Assembly: GCA_964342625.1 (NCBI GenBank)
Contig: CAYFGC010000002.1
Span: 1-42,649 of the forward strand
Length of the DNA stretch: 42,649 nucleotides
Reading direction: 5' to 3'
Source of the DNA: an uncultured Candidatus Poseidoniales archaeon
Lineage (GTDB): Archaea; Thermoplasmatota; Poseidoniia; Poseidoniales; Thalassarchaeaceae
Shown here: positions 35,138 through 42,649 of the stretch, in pieces
Layout: each line of letters opens with the position of its first letter
Position numbering within the stretch: the first letter of the stretch is position 1
Notes under the pieces: generated by a model
Told to the model about the DNA's origin: nothing
The model's database searches: none
What the model saw: the letters and a program-made list of their open reading frames with translations, nothing else
Translations under genes and position numbers: made by a program

Positions 35138-36328
35138 ATGCAGGAGAACCCGAGCAAGTTCGAGGGAGATTTCTCTTCCCTATGGCGTCTGGACGTGATG
35201 CCCCCCATTCATGGGCTCTCATGGTGGTGGTACTGGGTCCTGATTCTCATTCCAGATCCTGAAAATCCGAGGAGGTCTCGCCAGTTAATGACTCTCTGGT
35301 CGACAAAGGAGACGAATGCCGTGCGTGTCAGTGGTCATTGGTGGAAACCCGGCTCGAGGATGCACAAGGATGACCAGGGCGGCTTCGTAATACCAGGGAT
35401 GGTCTGCGCTTGGTGGTACGATGGCAAAAAGATGCACGAGCCTCTTACCATGCGAGAGTGCCGCATGGCGGTCGTCAGCGACGAGCATTCCCTCTGGCCA
35501 GGAGAAGGCGAAGGCCTCGGAGCGGGTGCCGTCGTCCCGATAGACAGGGAGGACCTCTCAATGGGAATGAATCCGGGCAACGAGTCGATGTGGCTCAGCC
35601 TTTCGAGCGACAAGGAAGCCCGATCTCGCGGGGCCCCATCCAGATTTGAGGCCCATCTAACTCCCTGGTGGGGACCCCCTAGTGAACTAACATACAGGAA
35701 CAACGAGATCGCTCTTGGAATGGGTTACGACATCCTTCGTCTTCAGGGGATGAAGTCGAGTCTGGCAATAGATGGGAAGGAGTACGAAGGCACGGCTTAC
35801 TTCCAGAAGGTAACTGTTCAGGCACCATCCGTACCATGGTTCTGGGGCATGGTTCACTTCGACGATGGCTCATACCTCGATTGGTTCATGCCTCACATAA
35901 CTCCACTCTCTACTGCTAAGGATGACAAGCCATGGCGAAAGAGAGACACCTTCAGAGTCCCTCTAAAGGCTGCCGGCGTCTTCCATGACAGAGTCCGAGG
36001 GAGGACGGAGGAGTTCGATAACTGCGAGGTCGATCTGCGGAAGTCAGACCAAGGACTTTTGGACTCACAAGGTAACTTGCTCCCAAATTTCAGTATTAGA
36101 GTATGGAACGAGAATGCCGACGTGTCCCTGCGAATAAGGGCAGTTAGTCGGGCAAGATGGACATTTGACCAGCCAACTAGGGGGGGTTTGGTCAGTCACC
36201 TGACATACAATGAGTATCCATTCGAGGTGTCCTCAATCTCCATTAAGGACGAAGAGGGGACTAGGACGCTGGATGATTACCAGTGGATTCATGGAAATGC
36301 AGAACACTCATGGGGGTTCTTGCATTGA
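35138..36328 (+). CDS. Trp-rich soluble hypothetical protein (396 aa); speculative CrtC/AttH-like double beta-barrel
   Basis: ATG lies 5 nt after the permease stop (the tracked start 35084 overlaps the upstream gene). 'GLSWWWYWVLILIPDPENP...LMTLWST' near the N-terminus and 'IHGNAEHSWGFLH' at the C-terminus resemble the EWWY... and G.AW.DH.WG motifs of the CrtC/AttH family. That comparison is from memory only. Confidence 0.7.
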   Translation: MQENPSKFEGDFSSLWRLDVMPPIHGLSWWWYWVLILIPDPENPRRSRQLMTLWSTKETNAVRVSGHWWKPGSRMHKDDQGGFVIPGMVCAWWYDGKKMHEPLTMRECRMAVVSDEHSLWPGEGEGLGAGAVVPIDREDLSMGMNPGNESMWLSLSSDKEARSRGAPSRFEAHLTPWWGPPSELTYRNNEIALGMGYDILRLQGMKSSLAIDGKEYEGTAYFQKVTVQAPSVPWFWGMVHFDDGSYLDWFMPHITPLSTAKDDKPWRKRDTFRVPLKAAGVFHDRVRGRTEEFDNCEVDLRKSDQGLLDSQGNLLPNFSIRVWNENADVSLRIRAVSRARWTFDQPTRGGLVSHLTYNEYPFEVSSISIKDEEGTRTLDDYQWIHGNAEHSWGFLH

Positions 36329-36369
36329 TTCGCAATCTCTTAGAAACAACCACTCGACGGGGGAATTAG

Positions 36370-37320
36370 ATGTCCGAATTCGTTGAACAATTCAAATCCG
36401 AGATAGATGCGGATTCAACTCGTTCTGATTTCCCAGAGATTACTGACTCAGAGACTCCAATATGGCGAGGTGGACCAGCAACCGCTTCAATGGCAGACAA
36501 GTACATCCTCGCCATCACCGTCCTCTTGGTGCACGTGGCCTTCTTTCTCGGCGAGCTTCTAGACACTCCCGAGGGAGAGGGGCAGGCGAACTTCTTGCTC
36601 TCCGTGGTAATGTGGCTAATCGACACCACGGGCGTATTTGGATTCGTAATTTGCATGCTACTTCTGACCAAGGCCAATCACTATGCAAACTTCTCAACCT
36701 CGGGGGGGTGGACGACATCATGGCTTCTTGTTACGTCATCCATACCACTAGTCTGGAAGTCGATTGACATAATTGAGTGGATCGGAGGTCTTGCTGGCTC
36801 TGGTTTCACTAACCCACTTCCGGCTTGGAATTTCTCTTGGTTCGCCCCATTAGGGGCATTTTCTTTTCTCGTGATGGTTTCTTTCACTCTACTTTACCAA
36901 CGCTCGTTCCAGTATGCAATTACCGACAAGCGAATTCACATCCGACAGAGCTTCCTATACTTCGAAACCAGCGCTCATGGGATTTCATACCATAAAGTGG
37001 AGAATCTCAAGGCCGATCCAACAATTCTGGGGCGCCTACTGGGATATGGAAACATCCACGTGGTCACTGGTTCGGGAGTCGGTCTGCAGGTTGAGTCCCT
37101 AGGAATCAGTGCAGCGCATTCTACTGAGGTTCGGGAGCAATCGAAGGGAAAAAGAAGAATCCTCTCCTTCTTTCTCGGATGGATATCTGTCCAGAGAAAT
37201 AGGACTGTTGAGGCAACGGATCCGGCAGACTGTTTGTACGGCGTCAGAAGGCCAATGGATGTTTACCGTTTGATAAACGAACTAATGGACTCGAACGTTG
37301 GATTGCACCAAGAAAACTAA
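36370..37320 (+). CDS. Membrane protein (about 4 TM) with a bacterial PH-like (bPH_2/YdbS-YdbT type) domain
   Basis: Four hydrophobic helices followed by 'YAITDKRIHIRQSFLYFETSAHGISYHKVENLKADPTILGRLLGYGNIHVVTG', which is the bPH_2 pattern. Confidence 0.68.
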   Translation: MSEFVEQFKSEIDADSTRSDFPEITDSETPIWRGGPATASMADKYILAITVLLVHVAFFLGELLDTPEGEGQANFLLSVVMWLIDTTGVFGFVICMLLLTKANHYANFSTSGGWTTSWLLVTSSIPLVWKSIDIIEWIGGLAGSGFTNPLPAWNFSWFAPLGAFSFLVMVSFTLLYQRSFQYAITDKRIHIRQSFLYFETSAHGISYHKVENLKADPTILGRLLGYGNIHVVTGSGVGLQVESLGISAAHSTEVREQSKGKRRILSFFLGWISVQRNRTVEATDPADCLYGVRRPMDVYRLINELMDSNVGLHQEN

Positions 37321-37398
37321 TCAAATTGGGTTGAAACTCTCTGCCAAGTACCCGCACCGTTCATAACCTCAAGTCCTTCCACGGATTATGGGGACATT

Positions 37399-37944
37399 AT
37401 GTCGGATGAGGATACTATTACTAAGGCTGCACAGTGCATTACACAAGGGGACTTCATGGGTGCCATGGGCATTTTTGAGGCCCATATAGAATCTAATCGC
37501 GATGACCCAGCAGGTTACCATGGTTGGGCGGAATCCGCACTCTTCGAGATTCAAGAGAACGGCAACTTCGACGAGAAGGGTAATGATAGAATCAACGAGG
37601 GCCAGGTTGCTGCATATTTCAAGAAGGCTGCAGCGCTAGATGCTGAGAGCACAGAGTATCAAGCAGCCTATGCAAACGCACTGATCGAGTTCGACAGAAT
37701 ACCAATGGCAATTAGGGAACTTAAGAAACTCAAGGATCTAGGGGACTCTTCGGACGATTTCGACGTAACCCAGGACCTCTACCAAGCGGCTAAGATGCTG
37801 ATTGACAACATAGACTTCAAGACAAACTTTGATCGAAGTGAGGGATTTGCCAAGCAATTTCTCCCTGTAGCGGTTGAGTTCGCGCTTCTCGGCATGGGAT
37901 TCGCCTCTGCGGAGGAGGCTCTGGAGTACCTCCAGACCGAGTAG
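37399..37944 (+). CDS. TPR-like repeat protein (181 aa)
   Basis: Helical repeats with a TPR-type pattern ('AAQCITQGDFMGAMGIFEAHIESNRDDPAGYHGWAES', 'AAYFKKAAALDAESTEYQAAYANALIEF'). Confidence 0.6.
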   Translation: MSDEDTITKAAQCITQGDFMGAMGIFEAHIESNRDDPAGYHGWAESALFEIQENGNFDEKGNDRINEGQVAAYFKKAAALDAESTEYQAAYANALIEFDRIPMAIRELKKLKDLGDSSDDFDVTQDLYQAAKMLIDNIDFKTNFDRSEGFAKQFLPVAVEFALLGMGFASAEEALEYLQTE

Positions 37945-37957
37945 GTGGTGAAACCGT

Positions 37958-38830
37958 TTGAGCGACCGATTCCTGGTCGCCATAGGCTATCACGGGAACT
38001 CGTTCCACGGATCCCAGGTCCAAAAGGACGTGGGGACGGTGGAGGGATCGCTCAGGCAGGCCCTCAAGAGGCTCACCTGGTGGTCTGAAAGGTGCTTGGA
38101 GATGTCCAGCAGGACCGATGCTGGCGTCAGCGTGAGGATGAATCTGGCGAGGATAGACCTCCCGAAGCCGGTCTCCGAGAAGGCCAACGAGGAATCCATC
38201 ATCCGGGCTTTGAACGACAACCTACCAGTGGGTGCGACTGCCATATCAGCGAATCGCGCTCCTGCGGACTCAAAGGTAAGGTACGCCGAATCGCGTAGGT
38301 ACCTGTATCGTCTAGAGGCAATAGAGGAGTGGCCGCCTGAGTGCGAACCTGACGTGATATCGGATGCCTGCTCCCTGATCGAGGGAGTGAACGACTTCTC
38401 CAACCTCTCCAGGATGGATCACGGGGTCGACCCAGTGAGGACGGTGGATTCGTGTGTCCCCTGGCTGTCTGACGATGGCAGGGTCATCGGATTCTCCATT
38501 CAAGCCAAGTCATTCATCTGGAATCAGGTCAGGAGAATCGCATCGGCATTCTCGGGCATCGCATCTGGAAGGTTAGGGGTATCAGACCTAGAGTCGGCCC
38601 TATCTAGGCCCGAGGTGAGTGTAGATCTGGGCAGGGCCCCATCCGAGGGACTGGTCCTCTGGGCGATTTCTCATACCGACTTCGAATCCCCATTCTCAGA
38701 CCGGTTGCCCCCTCCAGCGGCATTCTCCAGACGTCCAAGCGACCCTAGGGAATACCGTAGGTGGCTGTCCATGTCCCAGTACGAGATGGGCACCTTGCTG
38801 GAGAGGGAGTGGCTCTCTAGGCTGAATTGA
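37958..38830 (+). CDS. truA: tRNA pseudouridine synthase A (TruA/Pus1 family)
   Basis: 'FLVAIGYHGNSFHGSQVQ', catalytic 'SSRTDAGVS' and 'SFIWNQVRRI'. TTG start: an in-frame TGA lies at 37949 and there is no early ATG. Confidence 0.85.
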   Translation: MSDRFLVAIGYHGNSFHGSQVQKDVGTVEGSLRQALKRLTWWSERCLEMSSRTDAGVSVRMNLARIDLPKPVSEKANEESIIRALNDNLPVGATAISANRAPADSKVRYAESRRYLYRLEAIEEWPPECEPDVISDACSLIEGVNDFSNLSRMDHGVDPVRTVDSCVPWLSDDGRVIGFSIQAKSFIWNQVRRIASAFSGIASGRLGVSDLESALSRPEVSVDLGRAPSEGLVLWAISHTDFESPFSDRLPPPAAFSRRPSDPREYRRWLSMSQYEMGTLLEREWLSRLN

Positions 38831-39257
38831 GCTCGATCTCCACCAAGTCCTCGTCCGAGCAGGGGAGGCTCTCGCGCAGGAACGCTCCGGAGATTACCTC
38901 GGCGGTGCTAGTGTGCCTGGTGAGGTCAGGAATCAGAATGGCACACTCCTCCCAATCTCCCATGCCCCTCCTGATCCTGCCTCTGAATGCAGTAGCTCCA
39001 CCGAAAGACCTGCCATCCCTCTCGAATCCCTCAATCCTGAGTGGTTGGACGGACTCGCTCGCATCTCCCTCCTCTAGTCCAGCTAGGACCCTGAGATGGG
39101 AGAAGGCACCAAGACTACTGCTCCCGACGTCCACATTGAGCGTCCCAGGCCAGGCCCCTACTCCCAGGACGACCTTGAATTGGGACTGGTAGTGCTTTTG
39201 GGACATGAAAACATGGGCCCTACCGAGTCCGCTGCTCACTTCTCCAATGATTCGCAC
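38817..39257 (-). CDS. ribK: CTP-dependent riboflavin kinase (archaeal MJ0056/RibK type)
   Basis: 'IIGEVSSGLGRAHVFMSQKHYQSQFKVVLGVGAWPGTLNVDV' and 'FGGATAFRGRI...CAILIPDLTRHTSTAEVIS' parallel M. jannaschii RibK. It overlaps truA convergently by 14 nt. Confidence 0.85.
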   Translation of the reverse strand: MRIIGEVSSGLGRAHVFMSQKHYQSQFKVVLGVGAWPGTLNVDVGSSSLGAFSHLRVLAGLEEGDASESVQPLRIEGFERDGRSFGGATAFRGRIRRGMGDWEECAILIPDLTRHTSTAEVISGAFLRESLPCSDEDLVEIELNSA

Positions 39258-39298
39258 GGACGTCGGCTATGCCGGCGACTCATAATATTCGCTCGCAT

Positions 39299-40201
39299 CT
39301 AAAGCAGTATCGTGGAGCCTTGCTTGCCGATTGACCACCCAAGATTCGACAGATGGCCGGCTTCGCTCGAATCCCCATCTAGTGCTGGATTGGTGTGATT
39401 TAGGTGTATGAAAATTACCTCCGGGTCACCCCCTCGCCTCTCTCCCAGTAGTTCTAGGGATTCGGAGATCGTGGGGTGGGGGACCTGTGCCATGTCCCTC
39501 CCCCCCAACTCGTCATCGCTCCAGAAAGTCCCATCTATCATCGCGAATTCCACTCCCATGGAGATCAACCATTCCCTGATGCTCACCTCTCCGACCAGTT
39601 CCAGTGTCCCCTCCCAATCGTCATGGTCAGGTAGGAATAGCAGTGAATGGTTGGGTCCCATAACTCTGATTGCATGAGTATCCGAGTATTCGTCCCTGTG
39701 TGGCACAAGAATGAACTCCAACTCGAAACCGCACCCCTCCGTTGGACTGAATGAAGTCCCAGTAGGGACCGCATTGGTCTGGAATGGCCCAGAGAGCGTT
39801 CTCTCCTCGAGGACCCTGATTACGCTGCTGCTGGAGAAGAGAGGAATCCCGCTTCCACCCATCGCTTCCTTCCCAAACTGTCCGATTCCGTCTATGTGGC
39901 CCAGATGGGCATGAGTGAGACTTACTGAATCAGGAATCAGCGAGTCACCCTTGCCAAGGGACGTGGCAGCAATCCCGAGTTGGTGGGACAGGCTCCTCGT
40001 TGCCTCGATGAGATGCACGCTTCCGTCCAACCCCCTGATGGCGCACGAAACGGGATACAGGACCTCTGTGGGGTCATTCAATGCAGAAACGCACCTCTCG
40101 CAGGAGCATCCTGCTTGGGGCACACCGCCGTCCTGGGCTATTCCCAGGACAACCACCTCCACGTCCCCGTCTGCCATGCACCGCGATGGAAACCCCTCCA
40201 T
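39299..40201 (-). CDS. MBL-fold metallo-hydrolase, PqqB-like
   Basis: 'VVVLGIAQDGGVPQAGCSCERC' matches the PqqB N-terminal pattern LGxAxxGGxPQxxCxCxxC. The MBL motif variant is 'LTHAHLGHIDG'. Start set at Met69 (40201) or Met77 (40177), because the longer tracked form overlaps the divergent kbl-like gene. Confidence 0.72.
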   Translation of the reverse strand: MEGFPSRCMADGDVEVVVLGIAQDGGVPQAGCSCERCVSALNDPTEVLYPVSCAIRGLDGSVHLIEATRSLSHQLGIAATSLGKGDSLIPDSVSLTHAHLGHIDGIGQFGKEAMGGSGIPLFSSSSVIRVLEERTLSGPFQTNAVPTGTSFSPTEGCGFELEFILVPHRDEYSDTHAIRVMGPNHSLLFLPDHDDWEGTLELVGEVSIREWLISMGVEFAMIDGTFWSDDELGGRDMAQVPHPTISESLELLGERRGGDPEVIFIHLNHTNPALDGDSSEAGHLSNLGWSIGKQGSTILL

Positions 40202-40259
40202 CAATCCTCCCTCTCGCTCTCTCCGATTAGTCAATGAACTAGGATGCCCTCTGCGAGTC

Positions 40260-41438
40260 ATGCCAGTCGACCTGTCATGGATGCGAGATAGGTACGTCGA
40301 ACTGAAGTCCCAGGGACTGGACTGGAACCCCCCTACTTTGGAGGCGGCGAATGAGCCCAGATGCACAATCGATGGCAGGGAGATGATCATGCTATCCGCG
40401 AACAATTACCTAAATCTGACCACTCACCCAAGAGTCGTGGAGGCTGCAGTCGAGGCTACGAAGAAGTACGGCACGGGGTCGGGTTCCGTCAGAGCGATAG
40501 CGGGGACGATGGACCTCCACCTCGAGGCCGAGAGAACCTGTGCAGAGTTCAAGGAGGTCGAGGCATCCCTGATATACTCGGCAGGATACACTGCAAACGT
40601 TGGACTGATCCCCACCCTGGTACGTGGATCGGAGGACGTGATCATCTCAGACGAGCTAAATCACGGGTCAATAATCGATGGAGTCAGACTTACCAAGGCA
40701 TCCAGGGCGGTATACCCCCATAACGACATGGGGGCCCTGGAGAGGGTACTCAAGGATCACGAGGATTCCGAGCGCAAGCTGATTATCACTGATGGGGTTT
40801 TCAGCATGGATGGCGACATAGCACCGCTCGATGAGATCGCAGACCTCGCAGAGGAGCACGGGGCAATGACCTTCGTTGACGACTGCCACGGCGAGGGTGT
40901 CTTGGGCGAGGGACGTGGAATCGTATCCCACTTCGGACTCCAGGGGAGGGTAACATTCGAGGTCGGGTCATTCTCGAAGGCACTGGGAGTCCAAGGGGGA
41001 ATCCTAGCAGGAAGTGAGGATGTCAGGACACACGCCCTGAACCACAGCAGGTCGTGGTTGCTCTCTGGAAGCCAGCCGCCCGGTGTTGCAGCGGCCCAGA
41101 AGGCCGCGATAGAGGTCCTGATGTCGGAACCTGAACATGTCCAGAGGCTTTGGGACAATACGACATACTTCAAGGAGCAACTCGACTCGATGGGATTCGA
41201 CACCGGCGTCAGCGAGACGCCAATAGTTCCAGTCTTGTGCGGAGATAGCAGGAAGGCGCAAGACCTCTCCTCATTGATGAGGGACGAGGGTGTGATGGTG
41301 GGTGCGATTGTCTTCCCCATGGTCGCTCGAGACAAGGCCAGAGTGAGGACCCAGATGTCAGCCGGGCTAAGTAGGGAGGAACTCGACTCAGTCCTGGAAT
41401 CATTCGATAGATGTGGCCGTAAGTTAGGCCTGATTTGA
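40260..41438 (+). CDS. 2-amino-3-ketobutyrate CoA ligase / 8-amino-7-oxononanoate synthase family PLP-dependent acyltransferase
   Basis: 'IMLSANNYLNLTTHPRVVEAAVEATKKYGTGSGSVRAIAGT', 'DELNHGSIIDGVRL', 'DGVFSMDGDIAPL' and PLP-lysine context 'GSFSKALGVQGG'. Start at ATG 40260 or 40281. The tracked start 39915 is antisense to the MBL gene. Confidence 0.88.
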   Translation: MPVDLSWMRDRYVELKSQGLDWNPPTLEAANEPRCTIDGREMIMLSANNYLNLTTHPRVVEAAVEATKKYGTGSGSVRAIAGTMDLHLEAERTCAEFKEVEASLIYSAGYTANVGLIPTLVRGSEDVIISDELNHGSIIDGVRLTKASRAVYPHNDMGALERVLKDHEDSERKLIITDGVFSMDGDIAPLDEIADLAEEHGAMTFVDDCHGEGVLGEGRGIVSHFGLQGRVTFEVGSFSKALGVQGGILAGSEDVRTHALNHSRSWLLSGSQPPGVAAAQKAAIEVLMSEPEHVQRLWDNTTYFKEQLDSMGFDTGVSETPIVPVLCGDSRKAQDLSSLMRDEGVMVGAIVFPMVARDKARVRTQMSAGLSREELDSVLESFDRCGRKLGLI

Positions 41439-41510
41439 CTGGAATTTCTGAAAGGCGACTGTCGGAGGGATTATGACGGGGTGTCAGTTACCCTCTATGC
41501 TGGGAACCAT

Positions 41511-42649
41511 ATGGCCGATGAAGAAACAATATTCTCGATTTCAGAAGGCAACTTGGATTCTGGATTGAGGGGTATTCCTGTCGGTACCTGCAAGACATCC
41601 TACGTGGACCCGATTGAAGGTGTTCATTACGTAGGATATCCAGTTGGCGATCTGGCCGATTTGGAGGAGGAGGACGTCATCTACCTGCTAATGCACAAGA
41701 GGCTCCCAGATGCACATGAGTCAGCGGCATTCCGGAAGGAACTGGCACATAGGGGGGAGGAGATGCCAACCGGTGCATTGAGGGTCCTTGAGAACCTAAC
41801 TCCAGGTAGCGGACACCCAATGGACTGGCTTTCAATCGGAATCATGGCCATGGGTGCTGCCGAGACGACTGGGGACATCAGAGTCGATTCGATGAATCTA
41901 ATCGCCAGAACTCCAGAGCTGATGGCCAGGATATTCCTACTTAGAGGGGGGCATCCGGAGAAGATCCGCCCTAGGAACACAGAATTGGGTCTAGTCGAGA
42001 ACTTCGTACACATGCTGGGAGTGGACGGCGAGGAAGCCGAGATGATGAACAGAGTCCTCAGATTCTTCTTCATCCTCCATATGGATCACGGTGGAGGGAA
42101 CCTTTCCACCTTCTCCGGCAAGGCTGTCGCTTCTGGAAGGGCATCGGTGTATGCCTCTCTGGCTAGCGCAATGAACGCACTATCGGGACCATTACACGGC
42201 AGGGCGAATCAGGCCTGCCTCGAGTTCGTACAGAGGATTGGCACATCAGATCCAGATGAGATCGAGAATTTTGTCAGGGCAGAACTCGCAGCTAAGAGGC
42301 CAATATACGGATTCGGCCACGGTGTTCTCAGGGCAGAGGATCCAAGAGCCAGACTTCTGATAGAACTCGGCTCAGAAGTCTGTCCAGATGACGAGTACTA
42401 CAAGATCGCCAAGGGCCTAAGGGAGGTGGTCCCCCCTATACTGAAGGAGCATCCCAAGATCAAGAACCCATATCCAAACGTAGATTTGGCCAGTGGGAGC
42501 CTTTTGCATGCTATTGGTTTCAGAAAGCCCCACTACTATACTACGTTCTTTGGATGGGCTCGAGTGGCGGGAATTTGCGCCCAGATTCTAGATGAGAGGA
42601 ACGCTCGAGACGGAAGAGGGGTCCCGATTTACCGCCCAAAGTACATTGC
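41511..42649 (+). CDS. gltA: Citrate synthase (3' end outside the window); absent from the ORF track because no stop is reached
   Basis: My own translation from ATG 41511: 'MADEETIFSISEGNLDSGLRGIPVGTCKTSYVDPIEGVHYVGY...LHMDHGGGNLSTF...LSGPLHGRANQACLEF...IYGFGHGVLRAEDPRA...YPNVDLASG'. The frame stays open to 42649. Confidence 0.9.
   Translation, partial: MADEETIFSISEGNLDSGLRGIPVGTCKTSYVDPIEGVHYVGYPVGDLADLEEEDVIYLLMHKRLPDAHESAAFRKELAHRGEEMPTGALRVLENLTPGSGHPMDWLSIGIMAMGAAETTGDIRVDSMNLIARTPELMARIFLLRGGHPEKIRPRNTELGLVENFVHMLGVDGEEAEMMNRVLRFFFILHMDHGGGNLSTFSGKAVASGRASVYASLASAMNALSGPLHGRANQACLEFVQRIGTSDPDEIENFVRAELAAKRPIYGFGHGVLRAEDPRARLLIELGSEVCPDDEYYKIAKGLREVVPPILKEHPKIKNPYPNVDLASGSLLHAIGFRKPHYYTTFFGWARVAGICAQILDERNARDGRGVPIYRPKYI

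Noticed and set aside
39915-40405. Mutually overlapping N-terminal extensions of the divergent MBL (to 40405) and Kbl-like (from 39915) ORFs
   Set aside because: Each extension is antisense to the other gene's conserved core or promoter and lacks family-like sequence. Internal Met starts (40201/40177 and 40260/40281) give canonical N-termini and a shared divergent spacer.
40757-41335. 192-aa ORF antisense to the Kbl/AONS-type gene
   Set aside because: Ser/Pro-rich antisense frame inside a clearly identified PLP enzyme gene.
41681-42073. 130-aa minus-strand ORF, the only tracked ORF in this region
   Set aside because: It is antisense to an open plus-strand frame that translates into an unmistakable citrate synthase. 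That gene was missed by the track only because it runs off the window.
1-42649. Search by eye for tRNA, rRNA, SRP or RNase P RNA, CRISPR repeats, IS elements or integrases, and defence-system hallmark genes (nucleases, helicases, RT, Cas)
   Set aside because: No intergenic gap exceeds about 110 nt, and none shows a cloverleaf-like or repeat-spacer structure. No ORF shows transposase, integrase, RT, Cas or restriction motifs. This is absence by inspection only; tRNAscan, Infernal or a CRISPR finder would be needed to confirm it.

Overview
This is a gene-dense, about 53% GC chromosomal segment that I read as archaeal. The markers are a TATA-box binding protein, archaeosine tRNA-guanine transglycosylase, a CTP-type (MJ0056-like) riboflavin kinase and mevalonate kinase. 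Many genes have a TATA-like box about 25 nt upstream of the start codon, which suggests leaderless mRNAs. The mix of secreted PKD/CARDB and BNR proteins, an S15 peptidase, an acyl-CoA dehydrogenase, bacterial-like DUF genes and an acidic proteome fits a marine heterotrophic Thermoplasmatota/MGII-like archaeon. That placement is a guess from gene content, not a computed result.

I support about 41 CDS:
- Translation and tRNA modification: IleRS (5' truncated), CysRS, ArcTGT, TruA and a SpoU methylase.
- Isoprenoid metabolism: mevalonate kinase and a fused aconitase-X.
- Central and lipid metabolism: a 3'-truncated citrate synthase not in the ORF track, an acyl-CoA dehydrogenase, a nitronate monooxygenase (NMO), a Kbl/AONS-type acyltransferase and an HdrD-like membrane Fe-S protein.
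- Redox and repair: Bcp and Nth.
- Metal homeostasis: a ZIP9-like transporter divergent from a NikR-like regulator.
- Transport: a sodium:solute symporter.
- A tightly coupled seven-gene block: ABC ATPase, ABC-2 permease, second ABC ATPase, permease with a giant Asp-rich ectodomain, Trp-rich unknown protein, bPH membrane protein and TPR protein.

By eye I found no tRNA, rRNA, CRISPR array, transposase, integrase or recognisable defence genes. No intergenic gap exceeds about 110 nt.

The best candidate for something undescribed is the ABC-2 accessory cluster at 30.4-37.9 kb. The other notable items are protein-level oddities:
- TBP carries a roughly 57-aa acidic insertion.
- ArcTGT lacks the CxCxxC zinc cysteines.
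- The aconitase-X large and small subunits are fused in an archaeon.
- The ZIP transporter has a duplicated His/acidic module and is paired with a diverged NikR.

All family calls come from motif recognition by eye, and start codons are provisional.
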